A stretch of DNA of 58,412 nucleotides from Candidatus Fermentibacteraceae bacterium. GTDB taxonomy: Bacteria; Fermentibacterota; Fermentibacteria; Fermentibacterales; JCC-6. A program made the translations under genes and the position numbers. Within the stretch, counting starts at the first letter, position 1; each line of letters starts with the position of its first letter. The DNA is taken from contig JAWLEP010000005.1 in assembly GCA_041686025.1 (NCBI GenBank), positions 1-58,412 of the forward strand, given 5' to 3'. Positions 1 to 8,354 of this stretch are shown here, piece by piece. Below the pieces are notes generated by a model. It saw nothing but the letters and a program-made list of their open reading frames with translations, did no database searches and was not told the DNA's origin.

Positions 1-207
1 CCTCCTGCCGTCGGTGCCGGCCATAACAGAGCCCACCACCTGCCCGTCCTCCTCTGCAGTGTAGCAGAAGCGGCCGTTGCGGCCCAGAAAAGCCCGGAAT
101 CCCTCAGGTTCGTCGGCGCCAGTCATTGTGTTGCCCGGGAACAGCGACCAGAGGTCCGCCAGAACCTGGTGGTCATGGACGCTCATGGGCCTTACGCGAA
201 CGGTCAT
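1..207 (-). CDS. GNAT family acetyltransferase (YpeA-like), 3' end outside window
   Basis: Translated by hand from ATG at 207 (SD GGGAGGGAG upstream): MTVRVRPMSVHDHQVLADLWSLFPGNTMTGADEPEGFRAFLGRNGRFCYTAEEDGQVVGSVMAGTDGRR. 'VVGSVMAGxDGRR' is typical of this GNAT subfamily. Not in ORF track. Confidence 0.8.
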   Translation of the reverse strand, partial: MTVRVRPMSVHDHQVLADLWSLFPGNTMTGADEPEGFRAFLGRNGRFCYTAEEDGQVVGSVMAGTDGRR

Positions 208-285
208 CTACGCCTCTCCCTCCCGTCGATGGAGGAATATTGCCCATGGCAAGCCTTGGAGCCAGACCGATGCCCGGGGCGTCCG

Positions 286-1386
286 TCAGTCCATGAGACC
301 GGCGTATACCTTCCCCAGAAGACGTGCCGATTCATCCCAGGAGAACTTCTCCGACCGCTGACGGCCCCTGACTCCAGTCTCCCGGGCCAGGGCCTCATCG
401 TCCAGGACCCTCCGAATGGCCTCGGCCAGCCTTTCGTCCATCCCCGGACCCGGATCGACCCAGAGGGGCGCATGGCCCCCTACCTCCCGGTGCGGGGGTA
501 TGGAGGATGCAACCACCGGGATCCCCATACTCATCCCCTCCAGCAGCGTCATTCCGAAACCCTCGTACAGCGATGGGCAGACCAAAACAGAGCAGCCGGA
601 GTAAAGTGCCGCCAGCCGGTCCTCCGGCACACGTCCGGGAATAACTACTCTTCCGCCCACGCCCAGCTCCTCGGCCATCCGCCGCAGCCCAGCGGCCTCT
701 CCGCCGTCCGCTCCCGCCAAGACGAGAAGGTGTCCGGAGGCTTCATCTACCCGGGCAAAGGCCCTCACCAGTGCGGGAAGATTCTTGCGCCTCTCCAGGT
801 GACCCACCGCCAGCAAGTAGGGCCGGGGGTACGGATGCCGGGTCTCTTCCGCAAGACGCTTCATGGCGGGGTCCACGGCGTTTGGCACCACGTGCAGCCT
901 CTCCCCCGGTACGCCGTACCTTTCCCCGATCATAGAGGCGGTCCAACGGGATACCGTCACCACCGCGTCTGCCCTCCTCAGTGCGGCTCTCATCTTGGAG
1001 GCCAGGAGGATATACCTCCAGGGGCCAAGGTACCGGATGCCGTGCAGAAACCGGAGGTCGTGAACGGTGATGCATGCCCTGGTTCCGGGCATGCGGACCA
1101 GGGGCAGCGTATCCGTGGACCACAGGTCCGCGTCCATACCGCGGAGGGCTCGTCTCCACCAGATCGAGCTTCCCTCGAGAAGTCTGACCGGAAGCGTTCT
1201 GGATGGAGCTAGCTCGAGGAGCTCCGCCTCCTTCATGCGGCTTCGGACCCAGGACTGCAGCTCTCCGGTTGAGCAGACCACCAGGCGGAAGCTGCCGGTG
1301 AGACGTGAGTGCAGCTCCACAGCCCTGCGGGAGGCGCCGGTGGCCGCTCCGCGGAAGGGCATCCAATTCAGGGCAGCTGTCCGCAT
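286..1386 (-). CDS. Glycosyltransferase family 4 (GT-B fold)
   Basis: Motifs ITVHDL, VVTVS, VVPNAVD, RRKNL and PSLYEGFGMTLLEGMSMGIPVVAS. Start placed at ATG 1386 (MRTAALN). Confidence 0.92.
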   Translation of the reverse strand: MRTAALNWMPFRGAATGASRRAVELHSRLTGSFRLVVCSTGELQSWVRSRMKEAELLELAPSRTLPVRLLEGSSIWWRRALRGMDADLWSTDTLPLVRMPGTRACITVHDLRFLHGIRYLGPWRYILLASKMRAALRRADAVVTVSRWTASMIGERYGVPGERLHVVPNAVDPAMKRLAEETRHPYPRPYLLAVGHLERRKNLPALVRAFARVDEASGHLLVLAGADGGEAAGLRRMAEELGVGGRVVIPGRVPEDRLAALYSGCSVLVCPSLYEGFGMTLLEGMSMGIPVVASSIPPHREVGGHAPLWVDPGPGMDERLAEAIRRVLDDEALARETGVRGRQRSEKFSWDESARLLGKVYAGLMD

Positions 1387-1462
1387 GTTTTCCCCTCTTC
1401 CCGCGGAATTGACATGGACCCGGTTCGGAAGAAATCTAAGGCCCTGGATGGAAAGGGGCAAA

Positions 1463-1891
1463 ATGAACGGGACCGAGATGATGCAGGAGGAGCCGGACCA
1501 TTACGTGGCCGAGAAGGAGAAGGTCCGGAATATCATCGGGGCAATAGGAGGCAAGACAGACGCCGCCCGCGACAAGGTTATCAACGCGATCTTCATAGTC
1601 CTGGTTAGCCTCTTCTTCCTCTTCGACCTCTTCCGGCACCTGATGGGCATACACTTAGAGAACTTCCCCCCGGTTCTCTCCCTGGAGATGCCGGTTCTGC
1701 TGGTTTCGGTAAAGATCATCTGGATGATCCACCGCCAGGCCAGGGTGGACCACTTCCAGTTCTGGGTGCTGAACTCCATCGAGTTCCAGATGAACGCCAT
1801 GTCCGGACGTCTGCGCAAGATGGAGCAGCGGCTGCAGGAGCTGTCCGGGGAGGCCGGAGAAGCCGGAAAGGCTGGCGGGGAGAGCGCATGA
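1463..1891 (+). CDS. Hypothetical membrane protein (2 TM, C-terminal coiled coil)
   Basis: ATG 1463 after GAAAGGGG. Two hydrophobic segments, then HFQFWVLNSIEFQMN and a helical tail. Codon usage is typical for the window. Confidence 0.75.
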   Translation: MNGTEMMQEEPDHYVAEKEKVRNIIGAIGGKTDAARDKVINAIFIVLVSLFFLFDLFRHLMGIHLENFPPVLSLEMPVLLVSVKIIWMIHRQARVDHFQFWVLNSIEFQMNAMSGRLRKMEQRLQELSGEAGEAGKAGGESA

Positions 1892-1892
1892 G

Positions 1893-1923
1893 AAAAGCCC
1901 ATCGGGGCGATGCCCCGATGGGC
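1893..1923 (-). terminator. Intrinsic terminator downstream of tRNA-Phe (possibly bidirectional)
   Basis: Perfect 12-bp inverted repeat GCCCATCGGGGC-gat-GCCCCGATGGGC, followed on the minus strand by TTTTCT. Confidence 0.8.
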
Positions 1924-1925
1924 CG

Positions 1926-2001
1926 TGGTGCCGAGGGACGGAATCGAACCGCCGACAACCGGATTTTCAGTCAGGTGCTCTACCAACTGAGCTACCTCGG
2001 C
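1926..2001 (-). tRNA. tRNA-Phe (GAA)
   Basis: GCCGAGGTAGCTCAGTTGGTAGAGCACCTGACTGAAAATCCGGTTGTCGGCGGTTCGATTCCGTCCCTCGGCACCA: 76-nt cloverleaf with encoded CCA and one mismatch in the anticodon stem. Confidence 0.96.
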
Positions 2002-2013
2002 GCTGCGGACGGG

Positions 2014-2042
2014 AATGTAGCCAAACCCCCTCTACCGGTCAA
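2014..2042 (-). promoter_or_regulatory. sigma70-type promoter of tRNA-Phe
   Basis: TTGACC-N17-TACATT, 12 nt upstream of the tRNA 5' end. Confidence 0.7.
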
Positions 2043-2075
2043 GAGGCGGCATGCCTGCGGCAAAAACGGCCGATT

Positions 2076-2918
2076 TCAGCCCCCGGTTCCATCGGCGGCG
2101 GGACACTCCGAGCCCCGTCGGCAGCGACGACCGATCTCCGCCAGCAGGCCGTCCATACTGAGCTCCGGTCTGATACCGAACCTGGTCAGGGCGAAGTCGT
2201 ACCGCACCGGATCGTCGGGCCTGAGCTCGGCGAAGCCGTCGGTGATCTCCCGGGCGGTGCGCAGGCAGGAGGAGACCCTGGAGGTAAGGCCCATGAGCCT
2301 TGCCGCCCGCAGCATGTGCGTGTCCAGCGGTACCAGCAGGTTCTCCCGGCCCAGGTACTGCCAGCCCCCGGGGTCCACCCGGTCGCAGCGGACCATCCAG
2401 CGCAGCATGAGCATGTGGCGCTTGCAGGCGCTGCCCCGGGAGGGTATGGCCAGCAGGTGCACGGGGGGAATGCCGGCCAGGTCGTAGATGCGGCCCACCA
2501 GCACGTCCAGCCTCTCCAGCAGGCTGCCCCGCAGGCTTCGCAGGTAGGAGCCTATTCCCCCCTCCGCCGTCTGAAGGCATGAGTAGGCCTTGAGTATCCG
2601 GGCCACCTCGAAGCCGGTGGCGAAGCGGTGGCTGAAGCCGGCCAGCATGCACTCCAGCTCCTCGGGATAGAGGTGGCGGAGCGCCCTGGCGGGGGCCCCG
2701 CCGAGGTGATCCAGTACAGCGGATACGCTCTTCAGTATCTGCCCCACCCGGCCGTAGGCCAGCATGGAGGCCACCAGGGCCGCCACCTCCCTGTCCTCGA
2801 GGCGGTCGTAGCGGTAGAGGTACTCCAGGGGGTCGGGGTGCACCCAGCAGCGGTTGTTGTAGCAGTCGTACAGCCCCTCCAGGGCCTCCGCCAGCCTGGG
2901 GTCCGGGAGGGGGGCCAA
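2076..2918 (-). CDS. TIGR02757/DUF2400 family protein (HhH-GPD-like)
   Basis: HPDPLEY..D.EVAALVASMLAYGRV, SACKRHMLMLRWMVR.D.VDPG.W, VPLDTHM, DDPVRYDFAL. TTG start at 2918, just after the upstream stop. Confidence 0.88.
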   Translation of the reverse strand: MAPLPDPRLAEALEGLYDCYNNRCWVHPDPLEYLYRYDRLEDREVAALVASMLAYGRVGQILKSVSAVLDHLGGAPARALRHLYPEELECMLAGFSHRFATGFEVARILKAYSCLQTAEGGIGSYLRSLRGSLLERLDVLVGRIYDLAGIPPVHLLAIPSRGSACKRHMLMLRWMVRCDRVDPGGWQYLGRENLLVPLDTHMLRAARLMGLTSRVSSCLRTAREITDGFAELRPDDPVRYDFALTRFGIRPELSMDGLLAEIGRRCRRGSECPAADGTGG

Positions 2919-2920
2919 GC

Positions 2921-3178
2921 CTAGTCTTCCAGGGCCAGGTCTATGCGCTTGGCGTCCACGCCCTTTATCACGGAGAGCTTGCGGACGAACTCGTCGCGCT
3001 TCTCTTCCTCGCCCACCAGCTCCACGACTATCAGGCCGCTGTCGGTACACTCGTCCAGCACGCCGCCGTGCAGGCCCAGGCGCGTCCTTATCATGCATCC
3101 CCAGCTGGTGAGCACCGACTGGACGCGGGTGGCCACCTCCCGGCGGTTGCTTACCAGTATGGCTACTATGGTCTTCAT
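2921..3178 (-). CDS. TM1266-like small ACT-fold protein (iron-only hydrogenase system regulator-like)
   Basis: MKTIVAILVSNRREVATRVQSVLTSWGCMIRTRLGLH...CTDSGLIVVEL...LSVIKGV; ATG 3178 with SD GGGAGG. Confidence 0.65.
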   Translation of the reverse strand: MKTIVAILVSNRREVATRVQSVLTSWGCMIRTRLGLHGGVLDECTDSGLIVVELVGEEEKRDEFVRKLSVIKGVDAKRIDLALED

Positions 3179-3198
3179 GCCGCCTCCCGTTCGGGCCT

Positions 3199-3357
3199 CT
3201 ACTGCTTGGAGAAGTCGTCCTTGCCGGCGCCGCAGACGGGGCAGGTCCAGTCGTCGGGAAGGTCCTCGAACTTCGTCCCGGGCTCCACACCGCTGTCGGG
3301 GTCGCCCTTCGCCGGGTCGTAGACCCAGCCGCACACGTCGCAGACGTACTTGTCCAT
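3199..3357 (-). CDS. Rubredoxin
   Basis: [49 protein letters not shown]: two CxxCG knuckles, 52 aa. Confidence 0.98.
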   Translation of the reverse strand: MDKYVCDVCGWVYDPAKGDPDSGVEPGTKFEDLPDDWTCPVCGAGKDDFSKQ

Positions 3358-3358
3358 T

Positions 3359-3709
3359 CTATTCTCCCTTCGTATGGATCTTCTCTTCCTCGCCCACGCG
3401 GTCCTTCGCCGATGCCACGGCCTCCCGGACCGCCTCCAGGGCACCTTCGCCCCCCTCCGGCCGCAGGGCGATCCTCACCCAGCCCTCCTCGCCGTGCTCG
3501 ATTTCAGGCAGAAGCTGGCAGAAACGGTAGAACTCCACCAGCTGGGGAGCGTCCAGAAGGTGGGCCCGGACGTCCAGCAGAACGCCGTCGCCGCACCTCA
3601 GGGCCTCCGCCACGGTGACGCCGCGGAAGCACAAAGAGCCGTCCCCGAGAGCCTCGAGGCCGGGGACGGCCGCCAGTCTGCCGTTTAGATCGGCCAAAGC
3701 GCTGTTCAT
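3359..3709 (-). CDS. Hypothetical protein
   Basis: ATG 3709 with SD GGAGG; 116 aa; stop abuts the rubredoxin start. Confidence 0.65.
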   Translation of the reverse strand: MNSALADLNGRLAAVPGLEALGDGSLCFRGVTVAEALRCGDGVLLDVRAHLLDAPQLVEFYRFCQLLPEIEHGEEGWVRIALRPEGGEGALEAVREAVASAKDRVGEEEKIHTKGE

Positions 3710-3721
3710 CGCCTCCAATAT

Positions 3722-3756
3722 ACAAACGCGGGGCGCCCGGTGCACGGGCGCCCCGC
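3722..3756 (-). terminator. Probable intrinsic terminator after the four-gene membrane operon
   Basis: 12-bp stem GCGGGGCGCCCG/CGGGCGCCCCGC (3728-3756), followed on the minus strand by GTTTGTATATT. Confidence 0.7.
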
Positions 3757-3774
3757 CGCCGTTCAGCACACGGC

Positions 3775-4404
3775 CTACTGGATCACGTGCAGCCAGTCGG
3801 TGAGCAGGAACTGCACCCTGCCGATGAGAAGGCTGATCCGGCCCATGACGGTGAAGCCGAAGGTGGCCCCGAAGGCGATCATGATTATCCAGATGCCTAT
3901 CCTGGAGCCGGTCCCGAAGAACCATCCCTTGTGCGGCTTGCTGAAGAAGAAGTAGATCAGGGCCGTCAGCGTGCCGATTATGATCACCAGGCTGCCCAGC
4001 ACGTCGTGCCAGGCGTAGCCGGACTGGTAGATGGGTATCACCGTGGCCTCGGCCTGCCGCAGGACCATCGACAGCATGGTCCGGGGGAAGGAGAGGCCCA
4101 TGGCCATTCCGAACACCACCGCTATCGGGTAGCGCGACAGCCAGCTCACGCTGCGGAAGAACCTGGTGATGTACAGAAGCCCCAGCAGCAGTACCGGCAG
4201 GAGCGCTATCTGCCCCCGAACGAAGAGGGGCTCGAGAAGCCTGGGCTCCAGGACGGTGTTGTAGACGTAGACCATGGAGTATCCCAGGGATATGCCCACC
4301 ACCGCGTGCTCGGCGAACCGGTAAACCGGATTCTCCTTGTAGAGGAAAGAGTAGATGGCCAGCGTGAAGAAGGCGGCCACCCAGATTCCTATCTGATCAT
4401 ACAT
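3775..4404 (-). CDS. Uncharacterised polytopic membrane protein (~6 TM), gene D of DUF6754-like operon
   Basis: 209 aa, hydrophobic; TLAIYSFLYKENPVYRFAEH, IAFGATFGFTVMGRISLLIGRVQFLL. Confidence 0.85.
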   Translation of the reverse strand: MYDQIGIWVAAFFTLAIYSFLYKENPVYRFAEHAVVGISLGYSMVYVYNTVLEPRLLEPLFVRGQIALLPVLLLGLLYITRFFRSVSWLSRYPIAVVFGMAMGLSFPRTMLSMVLRQAEATVIPIYQSGYAWHDVLGSLVIIIGTLTALIYFFFSKPHKGWFFGTGSRIGIWIIMIAFGATFGFTVMGRISLLIGRVQFLLTDWLHVIQ

Positions 4405-4408
4405 GTGG

Positions 4409-5425
4409 CTACCTCCCTGCCTTCAGTCTGCGGCCCTTGCGATGGTAACCTCCCGCGAAGTACGCGATGTTGCCCAGCACCACCAGGATCACTATGAGGA
4501 CGTGCACTATGGACTGCACGTCCATTCCCATGAAGGCCCGCCCCATCTCGACGGCGTAGTCGTCGCGCTCCAGCATCACCTCGTACTCGGCGGCGCCGCG
4601 CAGGCCCCCCATCTGGCCCAGTATCTGACCTGACTGTATGTAGACCAGGTAGTCGGTGGCGCTCACCGCCGTCACCCCGAAGGCTATGGGCATGCCGTAG
4701 CTCTCCCTGGCATAGGTGAGCCAGGAGAGCACCGTGGAGGAGCCCGAGACGGTCAGGCCCATGTCGACCTCCCGGGCGCTCTTGTTGCGCTTGACTATCG
4801 GCATGTCCTCTGTGGGATTGCCGTAGAGGTCGGATGGATACTGGCTGGTGATGGACCGCCCCATTCCGAGGAGGACTATGTGGAACAGGGGGGCGTAGCC
4901 CAGGAGGACGTAGTCCACGCCCTCGAAGACCCAGCCCATGGCGTCCTCTCGAAGCTCGTGGTCGCGCTCCCACAGCTCCACCAGCTCGGCGTGGGTCACC
5001 CTGTCGGGAAGCTCCTCGTCCCCGTAGTCGTACTCCCGCCACTCGTTGTAGCGGACCCGCTGGAAGGTCCCCGGCTTGGCCGGGTCGGTGAGGGTAGTTA
5101 TGGCCTGCTCTGCCAGGCCGTTGCCCAGCGGCCAGAAGGCGGTGATGAAGACCGGTATCTTCCGGGCGAAGCAGTGGCGCATCACCGCCTCGCTCATGGG
5201 CTGGTTCTCGGCCATGGTGCCCGGCTGGTAGTCGAAGCCTATCATCACGGCGTTGTCGTGGTCCAGGGAGTCCACGTGGTTGTAGATTCCCTCCACCTCC
5301 TCGGTGGTGATCACCGGAAGGCCCATCTTGAAGAAGAAGGGCACCACGGTTACCACTCCCATGAGCAGGAAGATCCAGCGCCGGTCGATGTTGAACAGCC
5401 TATCCCATATCGTCATGGCGCTCAC
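4409..5425 (-). CDS. Uncharacterised membrane-anchored protein (TM-soluble domain-TM), gene C of DUF6754-like operon
   Basis: 338 aa; N- and C-terminal TM helices; GVDYVLLGY, GVTAVSA, GQMGGLRGAAEYE. Confidence 0.85.
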   Translation of the reverse strand: MSAMTIWDRLFNIDRRWIFLLMGVVTVVPFFFKMGLPVITTEEVEGIYNHVDSLDHDNAVMIGFDYQPGTMAENQPMSEAVMRHCFARKIPVFITAFWPLGNGLAEQAITTLTDPAKPGTFQRVRYNEWREYDYGDEELPDRVTHAELVELWERDHELREDAMGWVFEGVDYVLLGYAPLFHIVLLGMGRSITSQYPSDLYGNPTEDMPIVKRNKSAREVDMGLTVSGSSTVLSWLTYARESYGMPIAFGVTAVSATDYLVYIQSGQILGQMGGLRGAAEYEVMLERDDYAVEMGRAFMGMDVQSIVHVLIVILVVLGNIAYFAGGYHRKGRRLKAGR

Positions 5426-6070
5426 CTACTTTCCTGCTCCGCCGAGCCAGTTGCGCTCGACGCCGAAGATGATCTTCAGGTTGGTGGCCAGTATGCCGAA
5501 TCCCACGCCCAGCTGAATGGCGCGCTTGCCGGCCAGGTTGGGGAAGCGGAGTATCCACAGCCCCGTGGCCGGGAACCACTTGCCCAGGAAGTCGCCGATG
5601 GGAACCTGGCCCATCATCACGATGATGGCCGCCAGCATCAGCACCGTGGCCATTGCCGACCGGGCGCGGAAGGCCCGGAAGGCGGCGCTGGCGATGTAGA
5701 AGGCCAGCAGGCTGAACATGGTGGACTGAATGGGTATCTGAACGTAGTTGTAGAGAAAGTGGAAGACGCTGGGGCCCTCCGCCTGCCCGCCTATGCTGGC
5801 GGGAATGATGATGCCGAACACCGGCATCAGGTAGAGGGTCACAATGACCAGCAGGCTGTACTGCCAGTTGTCCGCCCGCCTCCTCACCTTGTGGTAGTGC
5901 ACTCGGGTAAGGCTGCCCACACCGAGTATCAGCGCGAAGCCGGATATCACCGGCACGTAGTCGGTGTACAGCCCGAATATGGCCTGCGAAATCTGGTGGG
6001 GGATGAAGAACTGGATCATCATCATTATGCCGCCCACCATGACTATCAGCAGGGGGATCGTTCGTTTCAT
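5426..6070 (-). CDS. Uncharacterised polytopic membrane protein (~6 TM), gene B of DUF6754-like operon
   Basis: 214 aa; STMFSLLAFYIASAAFRAFRARS, PNLAGKRAIQLGVGFG...LKIIFGVER. Confidence 0.85.
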   Translation of the reverse strand: MKRTIPLLIVMVGGIMMMIQFFIPHQISQAIFGLYTDYVPVISGFALILGVGSLTRVHYHKVRRRADNWQYSLLVIVTLYLMPVFGIIIPASIGGQAEGPSVFHFLYNYVQIPIQSTMFSLLAFYIASAAFRAFRARSAMATVLMLAAIIVMMGQVPIGDFLGKWFPATGLWILRFPNLAGKRAIQLGVGFGILATNLKIIFGVERNWLGGAGK

Positions 6071-6092
6071 TGGCTATCTCCCTTCCGGTGGG

Positions 6093-7301
6093 CTATATCG
6101 CCGCCGGCGAGGTAACCAGGTGGTCGAGCCAGGCTACCAGGTCCGTGCCGGCGATGAGGTCCAGTATCCCCAGGGCCAGAGTTCCGACAATGATCAGCAT
6201 GATGATGGCCTTGAACCAGTCCTGGCCCTTGATGGCGCCCAGCTGCTTGGGCTCGCGGCCCAGGTAGGCGCTGGCGGCGTACAGCTCCTCGCCTATCAGC
6301 GTGTAGTCGCAGGTGGTGATGAAGAAGGGAAGCTGCGTCACCGCGTCGGTGCCGGCTATCTGTATGGCCCCCGACAGCGAGCCGGTCTCGGCCAGTATCA
6401 GGCTCTCGGCCCAGAACATCCCCAGGTAGAAGTTGGTGGCCGGCTTCTCCCGGGCCATGATGCCGTTGACCCCGGCCACGAAGGCGAACTGGCTCTGGGT
6501 GAGGTAGAAGACCGAGTCCTCGTCGTAGGCGTCGGGACGGCCGGCCTCTATGTAGGCCTGCTTTACCGACTCCTCGGCCACCGTGTAGACGATGGGATCA
6601 CGGTTGGGCACCATCAGCGGAGTCTGGTACTCGGCCACCTTCTTGGCCACCCGGCCCAGTATGGTGAGGCTGGCGATGGTGGCCACGTCGGAGATGGTGG
6701 AGAGCCCGGGGACGTAGAGTATGGGCTTGCCCATCTCGGTGGCCCGGCCGATGGCCTCGTCTATGGCCTCTATGCCGGGGATGGGCCGCAGGTAGAGCTT
6801 GTCGCCGCTCTGCGCCCGGTTGAAGAACCAGAAGATCAGCCCCAGGAAGAGCGCACAGCCGATGAGTATCCGCACCTTGCCCGTGTTGAACCACTCGCCC
6901 TGCGGCACCTCCTGCGCGGTGTAGGCCGCGCCCAGGGTCTCCTCATCCAGGCCGGGGGAGGCCCCGACCCGGTACTCGTAGACCTGCCCCGCCTGCACGG
7001 GGAAGTCGGGGTCCAGCCCGTCCACGAAGGCCGTGCCCTGGCCGGCGAAGAGAACCTTCACCGTACGCCACGCTTCGTCGCCCTCGCCCTGCTCCCGGCG
7101 GTAGACGGTGTAGAACTCCACCCGGTCGTGGTCCGGGCTGGGCTCGAAGGATACAGCAAGCTGGTCACCGGCGTCGTTGGGAACGTCCGAGACCGTGACC
7201 TCGCCGGGAGGAGCCACGGGTTCCGCTCCCTGCTGCGCCACGGCGGCAGACGCCATGGCAAGCAGCACCAGTGCCGGGACCGCTGCCCGGAGTGATAGCA
7301 T
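6093..7301 (-). CDS. Signal peptide + fibronectin-III-like domain + DUF6754-like membrane domain, gene A
   Basis: Signal peptide (..AMASAAVA), FnIII-like segment (DVPNDAG..YTVYR..YEYRVGA), TM, LRPIPGIEAIDEAIGRATEMGKP, AESLILAETG, LIGEELYAASAYL, C-terminal TM. Alternative start at 7316. Confidence 0.8.
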   Translation of the reverse strand: MLSLRAAVPALVLLAMASAAVAQQGAEPVAPPGEVTVSDVPNDAGDQLAVSFEPSPDHDRVEFYTVYRREQGEGDEAWRTVKVLFAGQGTAFVDGLDPDFPVQAGQVYEYRVGASPGLDEETLGAAYTAQEVPQGEWFNTGKVRILIGCALFLGLIFWFFNRAQSGDKLYLRPIPGIEAIDEAIGRATEMGKPILYVPGLSTISDVATIASLTILGRVAKKVAEYQTPLMVPNRDPIVYTVAEESVKQAYIEAGRPDAYDEDSVFYLTQSQFAFVAGVNGIMAREKPATNFYLGMFWAESLILAETGSLSGAIQIAGTDAVTQLPFFITTCDYTLIGEELYAASAYLGREPKQLGAIKGQDWFKAIIMLIIVGTLALGILDLIAGTDLVAWLDHLVTSPAAI

Positions 7302-7323
7302 AGGTCTGCCTTTCATCTCTGGT

Positions 7324-8238
7324 CTAGCCGAAGAAATCGATTATCTCCCTGGCCACCTCGTCGCCCACCCGGCCCTTGGCCGCCTTGGTGCCGGCGCCGA
7401 TGTGGGGGGTGGCAACGGTTGCGTCATGCTTCACCAGGGGGTTGTCCTTCGCTGGCTCCTCCTCGTAGACGTCCACTCCCGCGGCGAAGACCCTGCCGTC
7501 CTCCAGGCCCTTCAGGAGGGCCTTCTCGTCCACGGTGCCGCCGCGGGCGCAGTTGACTATCACCACGCCGTCCTTCATGGCAGCGATCTGGGCGGAGCCG
7601 ATGATGTGATGGGTCTCGTCGTTGTGCGGTATGTGGAGGCTTATGTAGTCCGACTGGCCGCAGAGGGTCTCCAGGTCCACCTTCCGGGCGTCGATGTCGC
7701 CCGCGTCCTCCATGTAGGGGTCGAAGAAGAGCACGTTCATGCCGAAGCCCAGGGCCCGCTTCGCCACCTCGCGGGCGATGCGGCCGAAGCCTATCAGGCC
7801 CAGTGTGGACCGGTAGAGCTCCTTGCCCTTGCCGTAGGCCTTCTTGTTCCACTGGCCCTGCTTCAGGGTCCGGTCCGCCACCGCCACGTAGCGGCTGGCT
7901 GCCAGCATGTGGGCCATGGCAAGCTCGGCCACGGCTATGCTGCTGGCGGCCGGGGTGTTGCGAACCTCAATGCCGTGCTCGGCGGCGGCGTCGAGGTCTA
8001 TGTTGTCCAGGCCCACGCCTCCGCGAACCACCAGCTTCATGCTCCCCGAAGCCGCCTTCTCCACCACGTTGCGGCGCACCTTGGTGGCGCTTCTGACCAC
8101 CATGGCCTCGAAGTCGGGTACGGTCTCCAGCAGCTCCTCGGGGGTCATGTCGTGCTTCTCGGTCACCTGGTGTCCGCCCGCGCGGATCTTCTCCAGCGCG
8201 TCCTCGGCCACCGGGTCACAGATCAGAACCTTGGCCAT
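7324..8238 (-). CDS. D-2-hydroxyacid dehydrogenase / D-3-phosphoglycerate dehydrogenase-like (no ACT domain)
   Basis: VVRSATKV, RGGVGLDNID, GLIGFGRIA (NAD binding), VNCARGG, DVYEEEP, TPHIGAGT. Confidence 0.92.
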   Translation of the reverse strand: MAKVLICDPVAEDALEKIRAGGHQVTEKHDMTPEELLETVPDFEAMVVRSATKVRRNVVEKAASGSMKLVVRGGVGLDNIDLDAAAEHGIEVRNTPAASSIAVAELAMAHMLAASRYVAVADRTLKQGQWNKKAYGKGKELYRSTLGLIGFGRIAREVAKRALGFGMNVLFFDPYMEDAGDIDARKVDLETLCGQSDYISLHIPHNDETHHIIGSAQIAAMKDGVVIVNCARGGTVDEKALLKGLEDGRVFAAGVDVYEEEPAKDNPLVKHDATVATPHIGAGTKAAKGRVGDEVAREIIDFFG

Positions 8239-8301
8239 ATCTCTCCTCCTGGAATTCGTACAGGTGTGCCCCTATGGTGTAAGTCCCTTGTACAACGCTG
8301 C

Positions 8302-8330
8302 AAACTAGAACAGAAAGCCCATCTCGTCAA
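8302..8330 (-). promoter_or_regulatory. sigma70-type promoter for the dehydrogenase (and possibly the membrane operon)
   Basis: TTGACG-N17-TAGTTT; SD CAGGAGGAG before ATG 8238. Confidence 0.6.
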
Positions 8331-8354
8331 TGAGCCCCCGCCCTTTTCATATCC

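Noticed and set aside
8239..8300. Possible riboswitch in the dehydrogenase leader (TTGTACA...TGTACGA stem; GGGCACACC resembling a c-di-GMP-I start)
   Set aside because: Too short; it lacks the GNRA loop/receptor and the second stem. At most a simple hairpin.
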